A stretch of DNA of 64,000 nt from Octopus vulgaris (GCA_951406725.2 OX597827.1:23994001-24058000), one strand, 5' to 3'; positions 11,686 to 26,744 are shown, counted from the first letter of the stretch. Numbers and translations: made by a program. The notes: generated from the letters alone by a model not told the origin.

Positions 11686-14554
11686 TAGTAAAACACCCAG
11701 AAAATAATTGAATCACAAGTGCACAACTGAGTTGAAGGCAGATTTACATCTGCCTTAATAGCATGTAAAGAAAACGGTGTTGTAGGAGTGTACGCAGCAT
11801 GTGTACTACAGCAGTATTATGTGTAGCTTAAATACGGAGATTGAAAGGCAGGGATGAATTATGCCTACCTAATCTACAAAAAATTAAAATATTTTGCATT
11901 TTATGCATAGCAATCAGAGTAACCTTCATGATTTTATTGAATTAGGTGCATATTTTGCCATGAAAAGAAAATGTTGTTATCGATAAATTTTATTCAAGGC
12001 AGGCACTGCCTACCTTGCCTACCTAGGCAGCATGTCCCTGATATATATCCATAATACACACATACACAAATGTGTGTGTATGCAAACACACGTGTGCATA
12101 CATAGAGCTACATTGGATACATACCCAACCATTTCACACATCAACTGTTCTTTTACACAACTGCAACTCAATGTTAGCCAAAAAGTGAATGAAAAATGGG
12201 AACAAATACTTATTCTACATATGATGTTGGGGGTGGCATTTAAACATAATGAATTATTATCTCCAATCCACACCCCCTGCTCTTTCTCTAATGGTATATG
12301 TTCATAAACCCATGTCAATTTGACCAAGTGATACACCATCATCATTTAACGCCTGGTTCCTATGCTGGCATGGGTTGGATGGTCTGGAGAGCTGCAGTTT
12401 TCTATTCTGGCATGGTTTCTATGGCTGGATGCCCTTCCTAACATCAGCCACTTCACAGAGTGGACTGAGTGCTTTTTACATGGCAGCAGCACTGTTGCTT
12501 TTTATGCGCCACTGGCACAGGTGCCTTTGCATGCGGCACCAGCAGGGTCACCAAGTAACTTGCAAGACGAAGAGGGAGTGGGACCAAGGGAAATGGCTGT
12601 GTGCCAGGAGAGAGAGATTAAAGTATGACAAGGAAAGGACATAACTGCAAATATATTTGACCAATGAATATTTTTACGGAATGAGGAAACGACCAAAGAA
12701 ATTTTAATTTAGTTCAATATTTCTATTTTGAACTCTCTCTCTCTTTCCCAATGTCCACACAAGTCTTTGGTTGCTTCAGCTGACCCTTCCCCTAACCTCA
12801 CAACAAAGGTGCAGACACCATTAACCTATTAAAAATCACAATTCTCTCCAATCATCATATCAATAAGTCCACTCGGACATCCCCACCCAATACCATGGTA
12901 ACCAACTGAGATTGTTACCAATCAAAGCCACCCCCACATATATAACGTGTATGTATGTGCATGTGTGTATAGTACACATACACACGGATGCATGCACACA
13001 AACGTGCACACCCACATATATCTGTTTCAAGACCTTAATGATTCTGGCATCCCTGCCAATATAACATACCACACACATACACACACACATCTGACAGGGT
13101 TTTTGCAATTTTCAATTACCAAATTTTACTCAGAAAGTTTTGGATTAAACCCAAAATCATGTGATTGTAAAATGAACTTGTTATCCAACCTACTTGTTAT
13201 CCAACCTACTTGTTATCCACGTACACACACACTTATTGAATTGCTTCATTGTAGCCTATATCTTGCTTCAGACTTAAGATATTTCTAAATGAATATCACA
13301 TATACACACCATACATACAGATACGATAACATTTATTATTCTACATTCAGATGGATGTATATATATATATATATATACATAAACTCAGAAAGAGAGAGAT
13401 GTGAGTAATGTCAATATAGATGTTGGATGACAGATGTGAGAAAACGAGTAAAGATCACCATGGTATTGATATGTTTCACATGTGCCACATGTGATAATGG
13501 TGCCAATACTGTCTCAGTGATTTAATTAGTAACAATGCTGATATCGGTGTAATAATGATACTACTTGCCTACATATACATCGGCCTCTACATGGTACCTG
13601 AACTGTATATATATTTCCCTCAAATCACACAAAACTGAGTTTTTAAAAATGGAAGACACTATACAGTAGAGTTCTGGACAAAGTATGCCTGAATTTTAAA
13701 ATTGGACAGCTCCAGGTGGAATTTTTTATTACAGGTGCACATGAGGGCTGGCATGGCATTAACACAAACACACATGGATAATAAAGTATATATCTGCTAC
13801 ATCCATACAAATAAGAAGCTAGCGGCAACAAGGTATTGAACCAGCTATTAATGGATAAGGAGTTCAAATACATTACCAGTGTTTTGCTTTGTTCTTGGCC
13901 AAAAAACTATATTTTTCGTTGCATCAGTTTACTTAGCTCTTGAGAATAGGTTCCAGATGAATGTGGTTCTGTCTGAGACTACAGTCAAACCAAGCTGTCA
14001 GTAACAGTGACTCAGTCTCAAAACCAGTCCAACTGCCTTAGGGATACTTTACCGTTGCATCCAAACTCAAGACCTAATTTCAAACTAGTCACATAGCACC
14101 ATGGAGAGTTTCATTTTCTCCTTTCCAAAATACCTCTGCAACTCCCCTCTCTCAACCTCAAGAAATTTAGCAAGCAAGCATGGATTCATTAAGGCTCACT
14201 TCTCAGTTCCCTCTTGTTTGCTATAATATATAGTGATAAATATATACACTATGTGGTCCTAATATGAAAAACATTATTTCACATACTGTATTTTCTGGTA
14301 TACTGGGCAAAATTTTCAAATCAAAATTTATAGCCCAAAATGGTAGGTTGGCTTATACACCAAAACGACCTTGGAGAACCAAAAATTCCATGTGAAATGT
14401 TGTGGGATTTGAAAAGATAGCAACAACATTTGAATGTTTACACTACATATTTAAACTGACTGCTACATTGACTTGTGTGCCAGAAAATATGGTAGGCCAA
14501 CCAATAAGCTCACTCCAAACTGCAACTGTCGAAATCCAGATACATGGCCACTTG

Positions 14555-14842
14555 ACTGCTGCCACACTCGCCGTGCTCTCCTGATTTGGCACCAATGGAT
14601 TTCCACCTCTTTCGATCTCTTTCAAATGCTATGCGTCGAATTTTGTTCAATACTGATGCAGAATTGAGAGCTTGGTTGGATCAATTTTGTGAGTCGAAAT
14701 CAGGTGATTTTTACCAATGAGGTATTGAAAATTTTGTTGAATGTTGGGAAGAATTTGTAAACAAAGGAAAATACATTATTGATTGATTAGTTGTTATTTT
14801 TTATTAGACCTTTCAAAAAATACGGCGGGAACTTAGTTGCCA

Positions 14843-14848
<6 letters not shown>
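14555..14848 (+). mobile_element. Mariner transposon 3' remnant with TIR
   Basis: LPHSPCSPDLAPMDFHLFRSLSNAM...WLDQFCESKSGDFYQ*GIENFVECWEEFVNKGKYIID* (YSPDLAP motif), then ...gaacttagttgccaacccta|ta. Confidence 0.85.
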
Positions 14849-14885
<37 letters not shown>

Positions 14886-16270
14886 GCATACATACATATC
14901 TTACATATTATTACATATGATAACTGAAAATGTCTGTGTGTGTGCGTGTGTATCGGTATGTCCTCATTTTGCGCCAAAATGGCTTGACCGATTTCTCAAA
15001 CTTCACACGCACATTGCTTATGTGTCTGGGGAGGTTTTAAGCATAAATTGTTTTAGAAAAATGTTCGTGTAAACAGCGGGAAGAACATTTGGGCGTGAGT
15101 GAATGGTGGGAGTAATGATTTTTAAGCTTCCAAGGGAAGTAACCCATTCCCTCCTGGAAATAACTACCAAGGGAAATACCCATTCATTTTCAGTATGCTT
15201 ATTTCTTAGTATTTGAACTATTTTAGTCTTACCACAGAGCCATATAAACACAAGCATTTTTGCACCCCACAAATGCACCACATGAGGTCCTCTCATGGTA
15301 AATAACAAAGAATTCCGTGTCCTAACACAATACCCAGGTTAAGCGGGAGACAGATATTACCTTTTGATTTTAATATTGCTTCTCTCACAATTGTTTTTTA
15401 AAGTAAATAATGCCAAGCCCTTTGATGCAACACCACTGTCTGGGCCACGTTTCATTGCACTTTACTTTTTGATTTAAAATGATAACAATAGAGACACACA
15501 GCATCACATATTAAGAGGGATCAAGAGATTAAAGTGACACCATTGCATTACTCATATTATATTTAACAACAACAACGTGCAAGAGAAATTGTTTGTGACG
15601 GAAAGGTTGTGGGCAATCAAGTAAAACAGCCCATCACCACAATCCCAGTATATGACTGGTACATGTTTTAACTAACTTGGAGAGACGACAAGACAAGTCA
15701 ATCACAGAGGGATATATAAACAAAGAACTGGTGAGCTATGGCATAACGTACTGTGTGGTATTGAGTTATTGTCTACACTACATATATTGTTATTCTACAC
15801 CCTGCATATATATGTGTGTGTGTTCTATAGGGTGTACAATAACACAATATTCCATATATATATATATTCTACACCCTGCACATATATATTCTACATCCCA
15901 AATATATATATATATATATCATCATCATCATCATCATCATCATTTAACATCCGCTTTCCATGCTGGCATGAGTTGGATGGTTTGACTGAAGACTGGGATG
16001 CAGTCTATTTGTATTGAATTAAAAAATAATAATTGATGTAAGTCAATTGTTGTTGATCAATATTTCTCCATTTTCTGTTTACTTTAAATTTGATTCCTGA
16101 TAAACTCATCTTTATCTTTGTCATCATCTGTAACCTATGAACTTAATATGCTTGCATGTGTATGTCCAGGGTTAACATAGGTAATTATACCAGTAATTAT
16201 AATGGATACTTTTATCCCTTAGACAGTTATTCCAACGTCTAACTCTACATACCTATACATACATACATAT

Positions 16271-16330
<60 letters not shown>

Positions 16331-17412
16331 TACACATTATATATGGCTGTTCTATACCACACACTTGTAAAAACAATTACTTAATTTTCTTTCTTTTTCA
16401 TTGGTTCAAGGTTGCACAATTTACAGCATCAACCTTAGCGTATGACAGGTACTTAGCTGGCAAGATGTAGAAGGAAAGTCACTAACTACCATAAGCTATC
16501 TAGCCTGGTGCTCTATTATGTCTGTAAATCCATTGATAACAATAATTCATTCTACTCTGGACACAAGGCATGAAATTACATGCCCCCCCCCCAACTGACC
16601 CTGGGAGTGGTGGGGGGAGTATTGGACTGGTACTTTAATTTTATCAACCCTGAAGGGATAAAAACAAAGTTAACATATATAATATTTTATTTCCTACAAG
16701 GGTGACACTGAGAGAGTAATAGAGGGATGATAATAATAATAATAATAATTTCTGATGCTGACACAGGATATTGATTTGAGGGGACAGCTTTAGTGAATTA
16801 TATGAAACCCAGGGACTTGGATTCATTTTGATGACACCCAGAAGATAAAACGAAAAACTGATTCAGCAGGTCTTTAAGCTCAGAATATGAAAGAATGACT
16901 AAAGACCACCGTTTTAGCATTTCTGACAATCCCACAAAACTTGGACAAATGACTATAGTTAGTTAAACTAACCCCAGCACATGAGTGGTACTTTATTTTA
17001 TTGACTTGTCTGGAAGAATGAAAGTATAATTTAACCTCAGACTTTAATGAATTTTATATCCAATTATGTCAGCAGGGAATTGGGAACGGTATAGGTAGAA
17101 CAGCGAACTGCATTTTTTGTTGAGTTTGTTCACATTTAAATCCCACAAAGGTCACCTCTGTCTTTTGTCTGCATAAATACCAGTCAAATACTGGGGTTTA
17201 TTTAATTAACGGACACTGATGTCTTTCAGGTTTCTTCAAGAAATGAGGCTATGGCTGGGAATTTGGAACCAATGTTGTAAGAGACAGTTTAAAGGCTGTG
17301 AATGACCAAAGTCTTTCTGTGAGGCGCAGTGAGCTGATGTGTGGTTCGAGTTGGAAGAAAGAATGATAGAAAAATGTCACAGAAATTCTATAAACAATAG
17401 GATATGACTTAC

Positions 17413-17471
17413 CTAAAGAAGGTGACAAAAAAATTCACCAGGTCGATATTTCTCTGTTGTGTGAACGTTAT
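17413..17471 (-). CDS. ATRN: Attractin juxtamembrane exon: ITFTQQRNIDLVNFFVTFF(S)
   Basis: ctctcag acceptor, AG|gtaagt donor; 59 nt, phase 0->2; resembles vertebrate IAFSQ...DLVQFFVTFFS. Confidence 0.93.
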
Positions 17472-18869
17472 CTGAGAGGAACAAGAAGAGATAATAAGCA
17501 ACAGATTAGTTGGTAACACCAGGAGGGGGGGGGGTCCATCATCACTGTCATCATCACTATCATCATCAATGTCATCAACATTGTTACATCTTCAACATAT
17601 CATCATCATCAACAACAACCATCTCATCTTCACTAACCATCTCCATTCAAACATCATCATCACAACCAACCATCTTCACTAAAATCAAAACAAAATCATT
17701 GTCATCGTCACAAACAACATATTTGCTCAGTCATCTAAGATGTTAGCCTGAGGTGGGGCAACAGGTCAGGTCAGTGGAGGTGGCATGCACCGCTGCAGTG
17801 TGTTGCTGCATTTATTCTTAGTCCATGCAGCATGAGGTCAACCCAGTGAGATTCCTCCATGGAGAGAACATTGTAAGCAAGGTCGAACTTGGAAAACCAA
17901 CCAACAAACTCAGCTGATGCTCCTGAATCATACAATGAACATGACAAGTCCTCCTTTCTGAGTAGAGTCATTGGTTGGATACGAAACGCAACCAATGGTA
18001 ACCCATAATCCTGCAAAGCATCCTGGTACTAAGGCTGCTCCTAAGGGCCCTGGACACTGTCCAAGTCTCACAACAACAAAGCAAGACATGGAGGAAACCA
18101 CAAACTATATTCCTGTTGCCACCAACTCTAACTCATTAGGATGACTTGTATTGAATGTTTAGACATGAGGTCCTGAGGCTACTGTGTCCACCTATTGATT
18201 GTAGGCTGATTCTACAGAAACTTCAGACCAAACAGGAAGTCCTTTATAAAACATGGAGATGACAGAGCATCTAAGACACAGGAAACCATGAATCACCTCA
18301 GAAATATGCAGATAAGAGGCCACACGGTTTCACAGTTACGCCATGTTAGGTTAAGACACTTCTGTGAGAGGTAAGACAACTAAGAAGTGGTGTTGACTTC
18401 TATTGCAAACACTCAAGTAAAACTGAAGTTTGGGGATGACTGAGGGGTGGGAAGTCAGAGATCCCCATCCGTAATGCTAACTTCTATTCAGAAGTCACAT
18501 TAATTGCCAGACCAAAGATCAAGGTAATATGTCCACACACTGATATATTACCTCATCATCCTCTTTTCCCTAGTTCATAACTGGTACACTTCCACATGAA
18601 TAGCAAGTTTGAGCCTGTCATGTTATTCATGGCTCATTTCTCTTTGCTCCATTTGTGGCTAGAATTGGCTCGAGCTAAGTTTCCTGGTTCAACAGACAAG
18701 TTAAACCAAATAAGAAACAAGAGGTACTGATGGCCCTTATTGACATGGTGAGTAAGGGATTGTCTACTGAAGCATGGAAAAACAGGCTTAAATTGGAGTT
18801 TCAAGAGGAAACAATTGCGTGGTCCACTGTGACACAAAGCAAACATATGCAATATCACTCTTTGCTTCC

Positions 18870-19110
18870 TTCTTGTCCATCTGTTATATTTCAGTTGCAC
18901 AATGTGGCCAACCCATCTATAATTGTATTCTTTGATGGTTCTTATGATGATGCCGACTCTTGTAATGCTGTTGAATCCAGGCATTGGTTTTCATGCTCTG
19001 TAATGTAATGTTGAGCATGATTCGTTCCTTTCTCTGATTGGCTACAATGAGAGCATTCATGATGGTAGGTCTGAGAACCAATGTTTCACTACTATAAATC
19101 CATCTCTCAC
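18870..19110 (-). mobile_element. Degraded RTE LINE fragment
   Basis: YSSETLVL...LIVANQRKERIMLNITLQ..KTNAWI / IIRTIKEYNYRWVGHIVQLKYNRWT (frameshifted). Confidence 0.7.
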
Positions 19111-19181
19111 TAAGCATAACACACACACACACACATAGAAAAAAAAAACAACAGAGGAAAAAAGTAAAAAAATAAACTAAC

Positions 19182-19333
19182 CTGCAAAGAAAATGGTGTT
19201 TTGAAGCCATATACATATACATAAAAGGTGGTGTTATCAGTTTCTCCGAATGTGTATTGTTTGTGGGAAAATTTCATTTTGTAATTATAGCACCGAGCAC
19301 CGGAGTCCAATATTTTACCAGCTGGTTCGGAAG
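19182..19333 (-). CDS. ATRN: Attractin exon: TSEPAGKILDSGARCYNYKMKFSHKQYTFGETDNTTFYVYVYGFKTPFSLQ
   Basis: ttcttccag acceptor, CAG|gttagt donor; 152 nt, phase 1->0. Confidence 0.94.
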
Positions 19334-19559
19334 CTGGAAGAAAGAAACACACAAAGGATGACGATTATATACAAATGATGGAAAAAAGTTTATAGATAAA
19401 AGAGGACAGAAAAAAAAAAAAGGATTGAGTGTGGCTGTGTGGTAAGAAACTTGCTTCTCAACCACATGGTTCTGGGTTCAGTCCCACTACGTGGCACCTT
19501 GGGCCAACCAAAGCTTTGTGAGTGGATTTGGTAGACAGAAACTGAAAGAAGCCTGTCGT

Positions 19560-19632
<73 letters not shown>

Positions 19633-19902
19633 TACATATGTATATATATATTTATGTATGTATGCATGTATTTGTGTGTCTGTGTTTGTCCTTCCACCAT
19701 CGCTTGACAAGCAATGCTGGTGTGTTTACGTCCCCGTAACTCAGAGATTCGACAAAAGAGACCGATGGAATAAGTACTTGGCTTAGAAAGAATAAGTCCT
19801 GGGGTTGATTTGTTTGACTGAAGGTGGTGCCCCAGCATGGCCACAATCAAATGACTGAAACAAGCAAACGAATAAAAGAATATATATATATATATATATA
19901 TA

Positions 19903-20370
19903 ATGGTGCAACAAGGTCACCAATGTTGAAGCGCAGGCGAATTCTCAAAGCATGACAGCTATCTTGCATATGAGAAGGGTGAGGTGGCTGGGACATGTCA
20001 GGAGAATGGATGACCATCGAATCCCGTAGAAACTGCTCTATAGAGAACTGGCCCAGGATAAGAAACCAAGAGCAAGACCAAAACTGAGGTATAAGGACAC
20101 TTGCAAAACTAGTTTGTCCAAGTGTGAGGTGGATGTCAGCAACTGGGAAGAAAGGGCTGAGGACAGAACAACATGGAGAACTGTGGTGAAGGAAGGAACT
20201 GCTTCACTAGAGAGCAGCTACAGAAACAAACAAGTTGAGAAGCGTCAGCGGCGAAAGGAAAACAACAGAAATGCAGAGCACCAAGCCACCCTCCTGGTAT
20301 GCAAGTACTGTGACAGAAGCTGCGCTTCAATCATAGGAAGAATCAGCCATGAAAGAAGTTGCAAGAAAGG
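19903..20370 (+). mobile_element. RTE (BovB-like) LINE 3' fragment with C-terminal zinc finger
   Basis: RRVRWLGHVRRMDDHRIP*KLLYREL...RPKLRYKD...WEERAEDRTTWR...CKYCDRSCASIIGRISHERSC. Confidence 0.88.
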
Positions 20371-21709
20371 GAGCCCCGGATATGTTCAATTAAGGGTCAA
20401 TTGTTATTATTATATATATAATGTAAAGGAATAGGGATTTGGAATCTGGGCAGATACCTTAGCACTCTGATATAATCCAGATCTGGCTAACCACATCAAA
20501 TGATAGGGAACATACAGAATTTAACTGGTACTTCATTCACAAGGCAAACCCTGAGTTCACTTCAATGAATTTTAAACAGCATTCAGAGTAGAGAATCAAG
20601 ACAACATCAAGAAGAATATAGAGAATTATACATGAAGGTTATTTATTACAGAATTAGTCTTGTATTATTAATGAGAATTATTCTGCAGTAAACAAATTTT
20701 GGAAGATGTGCAATTCTCCATTGTCCTTTATGATGTCTCGGTTATGGCTACACCAACGATCAAAGACATTCTAGATGTGACAATCCTAGATTTATTCAGC
20801 TAGTGCATCAAGAAGCCAGAACTGCATTAGCCAATGTGCTGTCCCTTTTGTGATTCGAAGAATTCTGAGCACATCAAGTGGCAATAAAAGAGCTTTCTCA
20901 ACTGCTTCGTGGTCATGCTATAAATCCACTTAATCAAGTTCTGCCTTAACGACCACCTCATAATTGGCTCATATCTTAACAGAATGCTCAACAAAACCGA
21001 AATACAATAATTATTTCATTTCACACTACCCCCACATGTCATCACTCCCACCCACCACAAACACAACACGCCCTTATTACTATACTAAACCACAACATAC
21101 CATCACTGTCATACTAAACAACATGTCTTCACTGCTACACTACAGTCGTTACATGTTTTTCCCATCACTACATTAAAGACCCACTTCCAGTCATAAATGA
21201 CCATGGGATGGCACCTAGAAAGTTCCCCTCCAAGGCACAAGGCCAGACAAGGCTGTTCATGGGAGGCCAGCAGTCACCCATGCATATCAGCCTCCTCTCT
21301 TCAAGCCACCAATGATATCCAAGGGAAAGGCAAAGGCTGATACAGCTTGGCACCAGTGACATCACAACTCATTTCTACAGCTGAGTGAACTGGAGCACCA
21401 TAAAATAAAGTGTCTTGCTCAAGAACACAACACACAACCTAGTCCAGGAATCAAGCTCACTACCTCACAGTTATAAGCTTGATGCTCTAACCAGTGAGCC
21501 AGCCTTTACCATCACTACATTACACCTTCTATAAAAGTCAGAACCATGTTGTATCCTTGATATTGTATCTTAACAATCAATTAGCTAACTCCACAGGAAA
21601 CATCTACTTTAGCAGAAGTGGGAAATTCTACTACTACTAGTACGACTACTACTTCTTACTGCTGCCGTCATTGTCCATTATTATCCCCACCAATATTATC
21701 GTTATAACT

Positions 21710-22159
21710 GAAGGCAGCAGGCTGACAGAATCATTAGCATGCCAGGCGAAATGCTGAGTGACATTTTGTTTGTCTTCACACACTGTGTTCAAATTCCACC
21801 GAGGTTTATGTTGCCTTTCATTCTTTATAAAATAAAGACCAGTTTTCGCACTGGACTCAAAGTAATCAACTCACTTTGCTGGCCTTGTGCCAAAATTTTA
21901 CATCATTATCATTATCATTATTATCATCATCATTTAAGGCAGTGAGCTGGCAGAATCGTTAGCACACTGGACAAAATGCTTAGCGATATTTTGCCCATCG
22001 CTACATTCTGAGTTCAAATTCCATCAAGGTCAACTTTGCTTTTCATCCTTTCAGGGTCAACAGAATGAGTACCAGTGAAAAACTGGGGTTGATGTAAATG
22101 ACTCATTCCCTCCCACAAAATATCAGGCCTTGTGCCTTTAGTAGAAAGAATTATTGTAG

Positions 22160-22190
<31 letters not shown>

Positions 22191-22390
22191 AGGCTGTGAG
22201 CTGGCAGAATTGTTATCATGCTGGACAAAATGCATAGCAGCATTTCATCTGTCTTCACATTATGAGTTCAAATTCCGCCGAGGTTGACTTAGCCTCTTAT
22301 CCTTTTGAAGTCGATAGAATAAGAATCAGCCAACTTAATTCTCTCACTCTCTCCCGCAAAATTGCTGGCCTTGTGCCAAAGTTTGAAACC
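21710..22390 (+). mobile_element. Three tandem copies of SINE family B (Nin/Deu-like domain) separated by (ATT)n; other copies about 23135-23330(+), 42400-42730(-), 43053-43485(-), 43522-43735(+), 50810-51160(-), 61790-61990(+)
   Basis: Head aaggcggtgagctggcagaatcgttagc...gagttcaaattcc (B box); central gcctttcatcctttcggggtcgataaa..agtaccag resembles the Deu/Nin SINE domain (from memory); (ATT)n tail. Confidence 0.8.
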
Positions 22391-22534
22391 AACATTATCA
22401 TTATGATTGTCGCCCTCTCCATCTTTGCCATCACCCTTGCTACCACCGCTGTTGCTACTGTCATCACCACCACCTCCTCCTCCACCATATAAACCAGGCG
22501 ATGTGTGTAAGAGAGTTTAATGAGAAGGACTTAC

Positions 22535-22604
22535 TTGAGTTATACGATATATTGAGATTTGCAAATCGAGAACAATTTACTGAGAAGTCAACATCACGGT
22601 CACC
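22535..22604 (-). CDS. ATRN: Attractin exon: GDRDVDFSVNCSRFANLNISYNS
   Basis: ttattag acceptor, A|gtaagt donor; 70 nt, phase 0->1. Confidence 0.92.
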
Positions 22605-23380
22605 CTAATAAATCAGAAAGAAAAGGAAACAGTTAAAACCGTTAATGATGGTCATTACAACAGATTTTCACTTTTTTGTACTAACCCGACAACAACAACA
22701 ACAACACAAGACCTACATCTTTATTCAAAAAATTTCAATATACATCATCATTTAATGTCTGCATTCCATGCAGAAGATTACCCCCAGGCTACTGTGTCTG
22801 TTCTGACAGGGTTTTTAACGGGTATTGTAGTCGTTTGCATTTATCTGTGTGTTTGCAAAATTACTGGAAAACGGCTGAATGGATTCCCACCAAATTTGGC
22901 AGATCATCATCATTGGGTAACTGGCTGGAACTCATGAAATTTGGGCTTGGTGAATCAGTGTTTTTCCTTTTTTTTTTTCTTTGCAGAAACGATAAGTAAG
23001 GGAAATAACTCTTGAGGCCATTTTGTTGAACTATGAATTCATCTAAGATTATTAAATTTTATTTTATCCTTGTGTGCGTGCAGGATATGCATCGCTCCTC
23101 TGATGCCCTTTTTTTCCCCATTATTATTATTATTAAGGCAGTGAGTTGGCAGAATCGTTAACATGCCAGACAAAATGCTTTGCAACACTTCATTTGTCTT
23201 TGTGTTTTGAGTTCAAATTCTGCCAAGGTCGAATTTCCCTTTCATTCTCGTGGAGTCGATGAAACAAGTTCCAGTCAAGTACTGGGATCAATGTAATTGA
23301 CTTACCCACTCCCACAGGAGGAAGGATTATTATTATTATTATCATTATTATTATTATTATTAATACTACTACTACTACTA

Positions 23381-23960
23381 CAAGTTTTTCCTCTTACAAT
23401 TTTGTTTCCATTTCTTGCCGAATGTCTTCCCAACACCTAGGGCAAAGAAACTCACAGTATACATTAAAATAAATGCATCAAGTTGTTCATTTACAAAGTC
23501 AAAGTTAAGTAGAAAACAATTATTTACATGAGTGGTAAACGTTCTCACAGCAACAATGCTCTTCTCAATCCATGTGACACAGATGTTAAAACAATCTTTC
23601 ACACTTCTTGCAAGAATGGTAAAGCAGGGATCACTCTCAAATTTTCAGTTCCCTTTTTGATCATCTCAAGTGCTTCTACTTTGAGATGCCACATTTTCCC
23701 AATTTCAATGAGCAAATCTTTATATTTTCTGAGCTTGTCCTATTCTTTTGCCAAGATACTATGATCACAAGGGATACTCATCTCGATCAAAAGACTCAAT
23801 TATTTTGGTCTTTTATAACAATATCTGGTTTATTAGCTTTGATTGGTTCCATCTATGTACTGGAAAGTTCCAAAAGAGACTTTTCATTACAGACAGAACC
23901 TCAGGGTGATGCTTATACCACTTATCAACAGCTTTGATTTTATAATGCCAAAATATTAAC
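23381..23960 (-). mobile_element. R4/Dong-type RLE retrotransposon 3' fragment (degraded)
   Basis: KAVDKWYKHHPEV / LFWNFPVH, then frameshifted ANKPDI and KYKDLLIEIGKMWHLKV; 3' end abuts (tat/tac)n. Confidence 0.75.
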
Positions 23961-24215
23961 CAGCGTAGATATGGACCAACTCTATCAAGTCTTGATATAT
24001 ATGTATATATATTTATAAATAAAAATAATATCGATATTACCAAGTGGCCAGCATGGGAATAAATACCATACATAGGTAATAATTTTCCACAACTATAAAT
24101 AAAGGTATCTGAGGTGGTGTCTCTCAGATACCCTTATTTATATATATATTTATTTATTATTATTATTGTTATTATTATTATTGTTATTATTATTGTTGTT
24201 GTTGTTATTATTATT

Positions 24216-24424
24216 CAGTAGTTTTATTTTTATAGCATGCTTTCACTTCACTACCAAGCACAGCTCTGTGTGCCTTGGGTATGTGCTGTGTTTTGTTGTG
24301 ATGCTCTGATGGTTACTGTATTGAAAGTGTTTTGTGTAGGATGTGGGCAGTGCCCAGTAGTGCAATTTTCTGTATGTTATATGTGTTTGTAAGTCCTGGT
24401 GTTTTTGTTATGTATTTGTATGAA
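24216..24424 (-). mobile_element. R4/Dong-type 3' terminal fragment
   Basis: YITKTPGLTNTYNIQKIALLGTAHILHKTLSIQ* plus short UTR, flanked both sides by (tat)n. Confidence 0.75.
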
Positions 24425-24568
24425 TTATTATTATTATTATTATTATGTTCCTAGACTAACATAATGACAGAATCCGCAGTAGAAGAACTGAAGGGAGCCA
24501 ATCTCAGAGTTGTCTCCCAGAGATGAGATTGATGTTTATTAAGAGAGGAATGGAGAATAACGACTTAC

Positions 24569-24663
24569 GGCAGAAGGACGATTCATGAAGTTGATTTGAG
24601 TGTAATAGTGATCATTTGGTTTAGACAGGTTGAAGGTAAACTGGTAATCTGTTAATAACTGAT
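24569..24663 (-). CDS. ATRN: Attractin exon: YQLLTDYQFTFNLSKPNDHYYTQINFMNRPSA
   Basis: ttttttag acceptor, GCC|gtaagt donor; 95 nt, phase 1->0; conserved attractin motif. Confidence 0.95.
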
Positions 24664-25739
24664 CTAAAAAAATATAATCAGACAGAGAAATAAATGAGTT
24701 ACATATACACACATACCATACGACATACAGTGAAAATGCATAATATAGATTAAGGATCACACAATACGCATTCTCTCCATACCCACACATACACACCAAC
24801 CAGCAGCTCCTGGACCCTGAATTCATATCAATTGCAAGAATATCATTGTGTTTCTAGATCAGACTTACCACTATCCACCAAAGAACCTGTCTACCTCTGT
24901 CCATCTAATACTCTACCACAGTCGACTTGACAGTCTCTTATACCACTGTCCCTTTAATACTGTCTACCATTAATCCCTTGCTATGGCAGAACAAAAGATT
25001 TTCAGTCAGTGTCACCATTACTCTTAACTAACATCCTTTCCAAGCAATTTCAATTTCGTTTCCTCTGAAGTGAATCTCTTCCTCTGTGAAAGAACTAACC
25101 TTCATCATAATTTACTTCTGATTCAACTCAGTAAATATATATATATATATATAGATATCATGATCGTCATTTAACGTCTGCTTTCCATGCTAGTATGGGT
25201 TGGACGGTTTGACTGAGAGCTGGTGAGCCAGATGGCTGCAACAGGTTCCAGTCTGATCTGGCAGAATTTCTACAGCTGGAAGCCCTTCCTAACGCCAACC
25301 ACTCTAGGAACGATCACACTGGGATGTTGCTCTTAGCACCCTACTAGCATGGGGCACAAGTGCCAGTAAGGTGAAGCTGGTATCAATCACACTTGAATGG
25401 TGCCTTTTATGTGCCACTGGCACAGAAGCCGGTTAGCCGCTCTGTCAATGATATATATATATATATATATATATCCCATAATTACATGACCGAAGGGACT
25501 GTTGTGACACATTACTGGCTGCAATGAACTTTGCATTATTTTAGCCTTCAAATGATGCTGCCTCGCTGGCTAGGTGAGCAGGCCAATATTTCCTGCAGAT
25601 CAGAAGGGGGACTGGGGTAATGTGTAAAGAAGTGCTTTTCTGAAGAACACAATGCACCACCCGGTCTGGGAAGAGAACCCACAATCTAGTAATTGTGAGT
25701 GCAACAGCCTGACCACTAGGCCAAGTGCCTTCACTATCC

Positions 25740-25751
25740 CTCCCTCTCTCA

Positions 25752-25815
<64 letters not shown>

Positions 25816-25845
25816 ATGATGATGATGATATATATATGATGATGA

Positions 25846-25882
<37 letters not shown>

Positions 25883-26064
25883 TATATAAATATATCATAT
25901 ACATATATATATATATAAATATATCATATACATATATATATATATATATATAAATATATCATATACATATATATATATATATAAATATATCATATATATA
26001 TATATATAAATATATCATATACATATATATATATATAATATATCATATATATATATATATATAA

Positions 26065-26113
<49 letters not shown>

Positions 26114-26154
26114 TATACATCATATATATATATATATATACATATATATACATC

Positions 26155-26185
<31 letters not shown>

Positions 26186-26211
26186 TATATATATATATAC
26201 ATATATATATA

Positions 26212-26250
<39 letters not shown>

Positions 26251-26302
26251 TATATATATATACACATACACATATATATATATATATATAAAATATATAT
26301 AT

Positions 26303-26348
<46 letters not shown>

Positions 26349-26461
26349 TACATATATATATACATCATATACATATATATATATACATCATATACATACA
26401 TATATATACATCATATACATACATATATATACATCATATACATACATATATATATATATAT
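25740..26461. repeat. Compound (CT)n/(TA)n/(CATCATATA)n microsatellite
   Basis: Direct reading. Confidence 0.95.
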
Positions 26462-26595
26462 AATCAGCCGAAATTACTACGATGATCCGGTTCTTGACTG
26501 AAGACTGAGGGTTTCGAATGTCCTGTCCGTGTTTATTGTATCGTCTTCTAAGAGTTATACGTTCTTGTCCATGTTGTATTTTTCTACATACCCTA

Positions 26596-26626
<31 letters not shown>

Positions 26627-26688
26627 TGCAGATTTCAAATGAAGACATGTAATAGAATATGAAAATAGCACAAAAATGAACCACTTAC

Positions 26689-26744
26689 AATAGCAAGTTC
26701 CACCATCATTTGGGTTCCCAATATATTTTTCTGATGTGTCACAC
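26689..26744 (-). CDS. ATRN: Attractin exon: WCDTSEKYIGNPNDGGTCY
   Basis: ctctag acceptor, T|gtaagt donor; 56 nt, phase 2->1. Confidence 0.93.

Noticed and set aside
14905-15345. Helitron/DINE-1-like element (also about 22820-23110 and 42150-42378)
   Set aside because: Internal motifs are suggestive, but the termini could not be defined and there is no second copy in the window.
17750-18560. GC-richer stretch, possibly an old LINE or exon
   Set aside because: No convincing motif or splice pair; cannot be classified by eye.
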